The notes under the pieces are model-generated. The model saw only the letters and a program-made list of their open reading frames with translations. It ran no database searches and was not told the origin of the DNA. The position numbers were made by a program, and so were the translations under genes. A DNA stretch of 64,000 nt from Hydrolagus affinis (lineage: Eukaryota): assembly GCA_012026655.1 (NCBI GenBank), contig JAAILG010000609.1, forward strand, positions 1-64,000, in the 5' to 3' direction. Position 1 is the stretch's first letter. The number at the start of each line of letters is the position of its first letter. Shown in pieces: positions 26,741 through 36,780 of the stretch.

Positions 26741-28254
26741 GGCTAAGACGAGGTAAAATTTCAGCCCTCTGGTCTCTAAAGCAACAACCTTAGAGCTGTT
26801 TGTGGGAACCAGTAACATCTCCCACAAGAATGAATGGAGATGAACTTGTGCATGAGAAAATATTCTCTTTGAACAAACTCTTGTTTAGTTTACTCTGACA
26901 ATACTGTCAATTAAGTATTTTTTTTTTAAAAACTGCCCATATCGTTCCCGCTATCTGCTTTATAATAACCAGTAATTCCGTAGTTCCGACATTTTCCCAC
27001 CACATTCTGCAGAGAATGTATGTATATCTGCCTATTGAGAAAGCTTGCAGAAACATGTAAGGTTATGTCTGGTTGTCAATAGGTTAAGAGTTCAGTGAAT
27101 CCATTTAATAAAACCAATGACACCAGTAAAGTGGTTATTTTTATTAAATGGAATCTTGGCAAATCCACATATGGACTCTCTCCCACCTAACTACAGTATG
27201 TGAATATAATTTTCATGTGATGAGTGACTGCATAGGCAGAATGATTGCCTACATCTTTAGCTTTGTAAAACACATCACTGTCGCAAGAAGCGCCTGCAAT
27301 TTAGTTGGATGTCAAAGGAGTGCTGACGCACAGTGAGAGAATACTGACTGACTCTGCAAATCCAGTTGTTTCACTAAAACACAGCAGAAAGTTAAACAAG
27401 ACAATTACCAGATTCCAGTCCTTCTCTGCTAATGGCACTTCAGAACCATTGCTGAGATGTACAAAGATTGACTTTGTCCTCAACTCTCTCTGTGGGACAT
27501 GGGTCAACCCTAAATCGGGTTTTCTTCTATTATTATTAATAATAATAATACTAATCCTTGCATTTGATTTGCAGTCTTATCGGGGCTTCGAGACGTCTCA
27601 AAGCGCTTCACGGGTTGTACTGTAAAGTGAATTGAGTGTACATTTTGTGGGTGAAATTTTACGATATGATTATTCAGAAATTGATAATGTTTGAAATGTG
27701 ACATTTCGTCAGTGAAGTGTTATTAAGCTTTAAAACCAAGGGATGGCCTAGGGGCCAGATTGAGCCGTGTGGCTCCTGCTTTGCTGAACGCCATGGTGGA
27801 GCACCACCTGCTGGAGTACAGGAACATTTATCTCCCGCAGAAGATTTCTCATTTTTAATAATATATACTGTATATATATATATATATATATAAAAACTTT
27901 ACCCTGATCTCGTCAATATTTTTCTTATTTCACGGAGTTGACAGAATTGACCTCCCTCAGTTGCTTCGGACTGTTTTTTCCTTTGAAAATTCCTTTCGAA
28001 AAAAATTGTTTAAAACCACGATTATTTCTGAATTCAAATTTCATTAAAAAATCACCTAGTTAGCTCACGTAATAGCTCTGTCTCCAGGGGAATCTAGTGC
28101 AGCATTAAACTCAACACGGCTAACCTCTTCCAATTCTTTTATCAGATTCGCATTGAAGAAGAGTATAAAGAAAGTCCAATTACAGATATTAATCCCATAG
28201 GCTTTCATATAATTTTAATGGTTGTCATGACATCGGTGGACGGGCTTTCAGCCC

Positions 28255-28455
28255 CTCTGCCCCCGCACTCTGGAACTCCATCCCACAGACCCTTCGCCCC
28301 GCTTCCTCCCTTGCCACCGTCTCTAGACCCTCCTCTTCAATCGTGCCTTCTGCCGCCCTCCCAACTCTCTCCCTGCCCTCCCCACTTACCCTGCCCCTCG
28401 CCCTTGCTCGGGTCTCAACCTGACTGTTCAGTGCCTTGAGACATCCTCCTGATGT
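28255..28455 (+). mobile_element. L2 3' end
   Basis: Same family as 7425-7662. Confidence 0.75.
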
Positions 28456-28612
28456 GAAAAAAAAAGGATATTTCATGGTGAGGTTACTTGACCATTTTAC
28501 AATCCACACAATATATTTTTCAATTGAAATGAACGCTTGTGTTTTCAGCAACTTTCAGTTTGGGGTAGAGTGTGAACCTGAACGGGGTGGGAAATTGGGA
28601 GGGGGTGCATTA

Positions 28613-28895
28613 CAACAGCAACAACAACAAAGTTACATTTCAGAGCCTTTCACATCGAGAGGATGTCCCAAGGTGCTGAACAGTCAGTGGTCGGGAACCG
28701 AGTAGGGCAGGAGGGTGGTTGGTGGACGGGTGGGTGGCAGGGTTGGGATGAAGGAGGGCAGAAAGGTAGGGGGGCAGCTGAAGGCACGGTCGAGAAGGAG
28801 GGTCTTCAGACAGGCCTTGTAGGAGGCAACAGAGGCAGCGAGGCGAATGGATTGTGGGAGGGAGTTCCAAAGAGTGGGAGCAGAGAGACTGATAA
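28613..28895 (-). mobile_element. L2 3' end, inverted
   Basis: ORF 28684..28929 reads SAPTLWNSLPQSIRLAASVASYKACLKTLLLDRAF; (CAA)n tail. Confidence 0.85.
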
Positions 28896-30753
28896 CCCCG
28901 CCACTGATGGTTATCAACATTAGGGCCATGGTCTAATAGTAATCACGGACATTAATCCTGAACTGGAAGGCCGAGTTTGAGTGTTTCCACCCATCCCATC
29001 GCTAAAGCCCTATTGGGTAGGGCAGTAGCTGTACAATGTCCAGTTGTTAAGTTTTCGAGCCAATTTGAGGTTGTAATTTGCATTTTAATTGTTTAGGTAA
29101 TGTGTGGTGTACACTCACTATAACATGATATATACACAGAATATACAATGTGTTATACACAGAATGTAACATTATAGATATATATTATATATACATATAG
29201 ACCATATAATGAGGAACCACAACACACAATCTAAACAAGACACCGTTTTCGTAGCTCAAAAATAAAAGTCCAACCAAGATTATCTGTCAAATGGAAAGAA
29301 TCTAAATCCCAATTGATAATCCTATATAAACCAAGACAAATGGGAGTTTAGGAAAAGAGGAACCAAAGTGAACAAAAATTCAGGATGTTAATACCGAGCG
29401 AAATGTGGAAAACTCCTCCATAAAGTTGCTATTTATGTTGTCAAAGAGTCAGTGAGCACCAGTTGTAAGCAGAGCAGGTCAGTCAGATCATGATTGTCTA
29501 TAGAAAAAAGTGGGCATTAACTGAGAGCATGTAGCATGCGAGAAAGAATGTGAGTGGGGAGCATTTATTTACAGCAGTGATTTATGACACATCAACGATG
29601 AACGTGAATGAATACAGTCAATGAGCATCCATTGAGGTTGTTAAATATTCAGAGTATTTGTAATATTTACAGTAGTTTTGGTTTAAATCCCTTTTTTCTT
29701 TAGGTGACGTGCTTGGTTCTGTCACTAGGTGTTCACGGTGATACCTAGCCAATTATTGAAACATGGGAGTGTGTTCAGGGTGGGAATTGTGGTTGGGTGA
29801 AGTGCGGTCAGTGGGTGTGGAGGAATGGGAGGTGTGAGACAGCAGCACGGCTAAATCCAACCCTTTCATCAACCGAGGTCCATACATCGAACTGTTTTCA
29901 AGCAACTCATGTTGAGATAATGGTTTCATTTTCCTCTCTGGTGAACCAGCGTCACCAAGGCTAATCGCTGTCTGCGGTCTTCGATGAAGTTGCCTAGTTT
30001 AGCGCAGACTTGGGATCAAACCTGGGGCCTGTCTGACTCAGAGTAGAAACCATCTGGTACTTTTACGCTCAGATCCATTTTGGGAGCCGTGAATGATCTT
30101 ATTTTCTACTTTTATCAACTCCAGATCGACACGTCCTCAGGCCAAAACATTGAATTCTAGTAAACAAGCCAAACTATTTCACATTCCTCTCGACAACTTT
30201 TGCCGGACCATTTTAATTATTGATTGATTTTAATACGGTCAAAACTAACACCGGTCCCCATGAATTTACACTGGGCGCGAAATTGTGAAATGTGGGGCAC
30301 GCGGAGACAGCAACACAAAGAGGAACATAGCACTGCTGTTCAGTTCCCCAAACTGTTTGACTGCACTAAGGAATAACATGTTGCTTCTAGCGAGTACCCA
30401 CTAAGCATTGTTTATAGAGTTGAATTATTTATACATTGCTTGCTGTTGTAAGCATAGTGGGAAATTTTAGTGGATCAATAATGTAAGGTTTCCATGAATT
30501 ATTACGGCTCGATGAAAAAACAAGTTCCGACTCTACATGGACCCTTTGCCTGAACCTGTTTGAATCATATGTGTGTGTGCGTTTGGAATTTAATAACCTT
30601 TGCCTTGTTTAGATCCGATGCAAAATCTTGTTTTAGTTACTTGTCACCATGTGACCTAACGCCTCATCCACCTCAATTTGCTCTTCATAAAGCAATAAAA
30701 GCCAAATCTCCTCTTTTTCACTCAATGCATATACATCATTATTTATTGTTCAT

Positions 30754-30754
<1 letters not shown>

Positions 30755-30786
<32 letters not shown>
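30755..30786. repeat. (CA)n microsatellite ~60 nt upstream of the exon 2 acceptor
   Basis: Seen directly in the sequence. Confidence 0.9.
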
Positions 30787-30788
<2 letters not shown>

Positions 30789-30844
30789 TCTCCTTCATTT
30801 TGCATTAACTCTTCGTTGTATTAATTTTTAATTTTGTTTTTCAG

Positions 30845-30939
30845 ACAGGTGTTTGAACAGGCCAGTGAGTGGAGGTGAACATAATTTAGATTCACGAGGT
30901 GTGGCTTATTCACCCTTGCAACCTCTCAGGAGATGGAAG
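30845..30939 (+). CDS. ARTN: Artemin-like coding exon 2 ((D)RCLNRPVSGGEHNLDSRGVAYSPLQPLRRWK)
   Basis: Strong polypyrimidine acceptor (ttttgtttttcag|), donor AAG|GTGAGA at 30940, and a stop-free frame. The phase 0 end joins the hydrophobic exon at 31482. Confidence 0.7.
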
Positions 30940-31481
30940 GTGAGAGAACCGATCTGTCGATAATTTGCGATAGTGTTTTGATAACCACCGATAAGGTCCC
31001 CCTTCACCCTTCATCTTTTCTCTCGCCTCCCCCTCTCAGACATCGGTAATCCACTACCTCTCCCACTTGGGGAGGCTGGTGGAATCTGTCAACTTTATGA
31101 TCCTTCAGCCTCAGGCACATTTGTCACAAGCCAGCCTTGTGCCCTGACTACTGTGTAATGAGAAATTGGTTACCTATTAGCTTCATACAGACTGTAAATC
31201 CCTTCTGACAAATGTGTCTAATGCAGCCAGTATGTCAACAAGATAATACAGCCCAGATCCACAGTAAAATTCCAAAGGATTCTGTTTGTTGTTGATGATT
31301 TGCTTTGATGGCAAAGTCGGTTGTGTTTCTTTGATGCTGTTCCAAATCTCCTTGAACTTGGCCTTTAGGAATAAGCCTCTCAAATTAAAGCTGTGTCCAT
31401 GCTTTGAGAGCTAGCACGGGGAGAATGCTTTACCTGATGTTCTCTTTGAAACTATGTTTTTTTATGGCACTTGTCTTCAAG

Positions 31482-31710
31482 GCTACCTTTTGGACCCTGG
31501 CCATCTTTCTGTCCCTGCTTGTCAGCTCAATTGCTTCATCACCAGTAGGGAACTGGTCTCCAGGAAATAATCCTCTATCCCGAGAGACACTCACCCGGGA
31601 CAGACAGATTCCCCCGAGTCAGAATTCCACGGAGATTCAAGGAAACCCGGAGGCAGGGTCGGTCGGGAAGAGTGAATTGCCTACACAGTCTGCCCGGCAT
31701 GCTGCCGATT
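31482..31710 (+). CDS. ARTN: Artemin-like coding exon 3: hydrophobic signal segment ATFWTLAIFLSLLVSSIASSP plus pro-region
   Basis: Acceptor ttgtcttcaag|, donor GATT|GTGAGT (phase 1). The hydrophobic stretch resembles the mammalian ARTN segment PALWPTLAALALLSSVA (recalled, not aligned). Lies within ORF 31404..31727. Confidence 0.85.
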
Positions 31711-32129
31711 GTGAGTATGAAGTATGACTCTCACAATGTTACGGAGAGAAGTTGATGTTTCCAAACAGGAAATATCCCAAAGGAATACAGTCATCCTTTA
31801 AATGATTTTTTTTTTTTTTAAATTGCCCCAAAATTTCTGGCCCTTTGTGCAGACAGCACCTCCTCTTGTGTGGCTTGACATTTCCCAGCTGAGAGAATGG
31901 ACAGAAAGTCCATTCAGGCGCCAATGCAGACTGAATTATCTTCTTTATACAGAAACTCTTCCCTTCTCTTCCTTTGGCTGAGAGTGGGAAGTTACGCTGT
32001 AAAAAATTAACCCGCCGTTTTCTTAACTATGGTGTTAACGTTGTTAGTTTAGTCCTAGACATTGGCTGCTTGCCCTCTCTAACACACACAAGGCGTGTGG
32101 ACCGAGGGAGAACAATTCATTTGCAAAGA

Positions 32130-32515
32130 AATAATAATAATAAACCTTGCATTTGGTATAGTGCCTTATCATGTCTCCGAGACGTCTCAAAACGCATCAC
32201 ACAATTATACTGTAAAGTGGGACTTCACTGTATATTTTGCGGGTGAAACGCGGCAGCCAATTGTTCACAGCAGTTAGTTAAAAAGAGGAGGGAAAAGCAG
32301 AATTGTTAAGATAGCATGGGCAGCTGAATTCCGATCTTCTGCATAATAATAATAATCCTCGCATTTGATACAGCGCTTTTCACATCTTATCGACGTTCTC
32401 AAAGCGCTTCACGGAATATACCGTAAAGCGAATTGACTGTGTATTTGTGGGCGAAACGCGGAGGCCAATTGCGCACAGCGGCGTCCCCGCAAACAGCCGC
32501 GGATTTGAAATGAGC
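32130..32515 (-). mobile_element. Two 5'-truncated SINEs in the last artemin intron (32130-32272, 32344-32515)
   Basis: Tail plus core on the reverse strand; the second copy is CpG-rich. Confidence 0.85.
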
Positions 32516-32802
32516 CGTTCTCTGAGCATTTCACTTGCTGCGAGATCGCTTCAGTGATTATTTCAAAACGTTCTCAAAATGACTGTAATTGCACTTAGAT
32601 GAATGTATCCCGCGGATCTGAGTGTTTTGCGAGAATTAGTGTCATCTTTTATTTAGGTGCTTGCGAGGAAAAATTCCGAGCGACGCATTACATTACACCC
32701 ATTAAACTAGCCGATGATGTGCATCACTATAATGGTGCTAAGAGCGTGTTATTCTGCGCTGTGATTTTATATGCTCTTAATCTGACGCTGTGCGTTCTGC
32801 AG

Positions 32803-33269
32803 ATGGGAGTGCGACGTCTCGCGATCTTGGAGAGCTTGCGGAAGATCTCCTGAGCCGGTCTGAACGAGCTTCAGGACGTCCGCGGCGGAGGAAGAAGAAG
32901 GACAAGAGCAAACACTCAAAGTCACAACGTGGCAAAAAGAAGCCGAAAGGGGACAACAGAAAGTCGGGCCGAGACACCGAGGGATGCCGCATCAGGAACC
33001 TGACAATTAATGTTGGAGACCTGGGGATGGGCTACATGTCAGAGGAGATAGTGCTGTTCAAATACTGCAGTGGATCCTGTCCACACTCCAGGACAAACTA
33101 TGACCAGATAATAACCAAACTCCTCCACGAGGGAATGATTACTTCCAAGGTCGTCAGTCACCCATGTTGCAGACCCGTCAAGTATGAGCCTGCGAGCTTC
33201 ATGGATCTGCAGAACAATTGGAAGAGAGTAGAGAAACTCTCCGCAGCCGAATGCAAATGTGTAGGTTGA
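32803..33269 (+). CDS. ARTN: GDNF-family ligand (artemin-like) last exon: pro-region end, basic segment and mature cystine-knot domain
   Basis: Acceptor gttctgcag|AT (T+AT=Tyr, in frame). Seven-Cys GDNF-family pattern: C..DLGMGY.SEE.VLFKYCSGSC..HPCCRP..SFMD...W..VEKLSAAECKCVG*. Furin-type sites RSER and RPRR. The C-terminal VEKLSAAxCxCVG and the exon layout fit artemin better than GDNF, NRTN or PSPN; family is certain, orthology is likely. Confidence 0.93.
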
Positions 33270-33550
33270 TGGGCGATATATCAGAGGCCATGCATTTACT
33301 TTGAATTTAACAGAACACTGTACTGTACCAGAGAAGGTACCAAGGCTGCACCACACAGTTCTGGATGTAATGGGATGGAGCTGTACTTTGCTAATGAGGA
33401 GGAAGGAGGGGGAGATGTTGGGGGGGTGGGGGAGATGGAGTCTGTGCTTCACATTTTGAGACAAAGGCGAGGAACTGAACTGAATTGACTCAGTTGAACG
33501 GTGGATTGAACTTTGACCCGACCTTCTCCTCCGCTCTTACAAAGGCTTTG

Positions 33551-33556
33551 AATAAA
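33551..33556 (+). promoter_or_regulatory. Candidate proximal polyadenylation signal for the artemin-like gene (second AATAAA at 33859-33864)
   Basis: AATAAA about 280 nt after the stop codon; usage unknown. Confidence 0.3.
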
Positions 33557-35824
33557 TCAGCAGGAACCTGTTACTGGTGACCGTGCCCATGCTAAAGGTA
33601 AAGTTGGGACTTTCAACTCTTCCAGAGTAAATGGCGTCCCAGAGGGTGAAGTCCCTGCCAAGACACTGCAGAAATGACAGCAAGAAGCCTGGATTTTTGA
33701 GTAGAATATACCACGTTTTTAAGAAAGTTGAACATCAGGAATTATTCCTTAATAATGTGTTGATTCCAGAGGATTTTGTTTGTGGGGGAGGGGGGGGGGG
33801 GGCTGAAAGAACCAAGCTGAGCCCTTCACAACAAAAAAAAGCATTGATTTCTTTGTTTAATAAATAAGTAGAGCTTTCCAAATGGAATATAGTCAGACTA
33901 AAGATGCATGGAGATTGTGTAGAAATTCTTCAAAGGGAATACGTGAGATTATCCTTTAGAAAAGTATAATATTTTTGTAAAGAATGTGTTCTAGTCAAAG
34001 GAAAAGCATTCAGTTCTCTTTTAACATGTATTTCACGGATTATTCTAAAGAACGAAGAATGGGAGGGAGACTCAATCCCGTCCTAAAAGAATGAGTTGAC
34101 TTCAGCTTAATCAGTGTGTAGTGTTATCCTTCTGGAACGCATTAAGTGTCAAAGATGGAAAATGCAGAGTTATTACTGACTGCATTGAACTCTCAAAAGT
34201 GACAACTGTGGAATCATCCTTCGCAAAAACATCCACCGAGCTCCTGTGAGCTCTCACCGAGGAAACGCGCGCAAATAATTGCAAAATAACAGCAGTTGTC
34301 GCAACAAAATCTCTGCTGTCTATTTTACACAAACAGAATATTCCGAAGCCAGAGGTAACGCAATCCTGCGGGCTGGTTCGGGCATTTTTTTTTTGTGCTC
34401 CCTCAAGGCTCATTATGGTTCCTTTAACATGACGAGAAAATGTGCGTGCGCGAATGTGTGTGCATGGCGCGAGTGCGTGTTCGCGTGCGTGTGTGCTTGT
34501 ATGTGTACTCAAGCTGGAAACTGACTCATTAGGTGTAGAAATTCACCAAAGCACTTCTTGTTGTTGGAAAGCTCTGGTTTCTAAGATGCCCCTGCCCCTA
34601 CCTTTGGCATAAAGGTTACAGTCCACTGTTTGGGGCGGATGCTGTTAATTCTCCTGAAATATCCAAAGATCTCATCGTGTAGATGTGAAACTGGGTGTGC
34701 CACTAAGAGCAAAAATATTGTTCGTTCAGACACAAGACCCAGAGAGCTCAAAGGGAGGGACAGAGATTACACTGAAATCTCTGTAGCGTCACATGCTGTG
34801 CCCCGCGGAGTTCATAGTGCAGTTCATTCATTGCTTCACATCCGTCCAACATTTTGCTACCCGTATAGTTGCTTTTCGATGCTACGGTCTGTGTTGTCAG
34901 TCGACTGGCAAACTTATAGCTCTAGTAAAATATATTACAAACGTATTCAATGTACATAGGAGCAAACCCAGGAGTCAATTGGTATCAGAAATGACTGAAC
35001 AGCCCAAGAAAACACTGATGATGGTTATGGCCAGGGCTCATTTTCCCCCCCTTTAGATGTAATTATTGCATCTACAATGCTGGCATTCCTGTAGTTTTAA
35101 AATAGGGAAGATAAGAGCAGACTGACTACCTCTGCATCTGACAGAAACAGATGGAAACAAATGAGACTTTTATTGTTCTGTTACATTGCAGGAATTACAG
35201 AAGGACTTGAATCAGCAATTTGTTCTCAATGCCCCCCAAACACTCCAGTGTAATCACGTCCACACATAATCCCTCTGCAAATAATAATCACTATATTTTG
35301 CGACGTGGCAAATTGTTGGTTACTGCTAAGTCAAATTTGGGGAAAGGGGGTTTATTCAGTTCAGGCAAGATTTGACATCCAGTTTATGAGCTGGTCTGTT
35401 GGCCCCCCTGTTTCAAGAGTCCAGTTTGTGTGCAGCAGACGCACACTTAAATTACCAGCCGAGGTTCACACCCTTGCTTCGCTCACCATAACATTGGTAC
35501 CCGATTGATGGATAGATACTGGACAGCCAACATTTGTTATTGCTACTATATTAAGCTATGAAGTTACTTTGCCATCCTGAGTGCCTATTACTGATCGTTA
35601 ACCTACAGTATTCTATTTTCAGATCGTGGCGTGGGCTTATTCCGATCAAAAGTCCTTGCCCTTGACCTGTTCCCAAAACACACCCTGTTTAACCTCGTGT
35701 GTTCCGAGTTTAAATACCGATTATCATCTGGCCCACTCTGCCGCTCTGCCCTTGTGAAAGCACTGGACCTTAAGTAGTCTTTGGCGAGACGGGAAGCGAA
35801 AGGGGTTGAACCTTTGACTCATAC

Positions 35825-35838
35825 CCAGTAGGTGGCGG
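35825..35838 (+). promoter_or_regulatory. CTCF-like motif CCAGTAGGTGGCGG
   Basis: Exact match to the degenerate consensus CCASYAGRKGGCRS; motif only. Confidence 0.35.
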
Positions 35839-36464
35839 GTGTGAGTGCAAAACAGGACTCACCGTTGACTCACTTTGTAACCCGCCCGATCCGCCTCCTC
35901 CTACCCCTATCTGATAAGAGCTTGTCTCTCTCTCTCTCTCTCTCTGCCTTTTTGTCCTGCTCTCTGATCTCAACTCTCCCCTTACCTTTGTAGTAAGCCC
36001 ACTCATGCTCATTGTAATTTCCATTCAAGGTTATGTTGATACATCTCTCTGTCGTTCTCTTGCAAGATTCCAGCAGGCTTCCGCATGACCCTTGAAACTA
36101 GTTGGTTCGTGTGTTTGTTCTGACCTTATTATTTGTGCATATTAAAAAAAATGACAGCAGATATGGGGAGGTGGGGAGTGATCAGTCAGCTTGTGTTATA
36201 CAGTATACATACATTGTCCCTTGTGAATTATTGCTCTTTCTGTCTCTTTTTAATAATACAAGCAAGTTTGTTTGGAGAGGCCGGTTTTCCTTTTCAGATT
36301 GAATTCAGTTGCTTTTGAAACTTTTAAAGTCATTCTCTGGTGATTTTTTCGAATCGTCTCCCCAGTGATGTAGCCCTCCCTTTCTAGTCCCCAGCCACGT
36401 ATCACTGGGATAAGATCCCATACTTACTGGTCTCTGCTACCCCCACACAAGTAATATAATAGTA

Positions 36465-36780
36465 AATAATAATCCTTACATTTGATATAGCGGTTCTACA
36501 CGTCTTCTAGGCGTCTCAAAGCGCTTCACAGGATATATTGTAAAGTGAATTGACTGTATATTTGTGGGCGAAACGCGGCAGCCAATTGCACACAGCAGTG
36601 TCCCCCACAAACAGTTGTGGATTGAAATGACCAATTTTTATTATTGTGTTTTTTGGGGACGGATTATTATTAGGCGTGTGGAGTAAGGAAACTTGCCCAT
36701 TGTTTTGCCTGGATCTGCCTGGGTTCGAACACAGGTCTTACGCTTGTCAGGTTAATGCTCTAACCACTGAGCTACATGAG
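36465..36780 (-). mobile_element. Full-length SINE
   Basis: Complete head, core and tail. Confidence 0.9.

Noticed and set aside
32803-33269. Calling the ligand GDNF because of the basic N-terminal segment and the neighbouring EP4-type gene
   Set aside because: It lacks the GDNF hallmarks as recalled (MKLWDV start, LIFRYCSGSC, HSAKRCGCI end); the signal segment and C-terminus fit artemin better. A phylogeny would be decisive.
33039-33464. 141-aa antisense ORF over the artemin last exon
   Set aside because: Shadow of the coding exon plus UTR; no splice or domain support.
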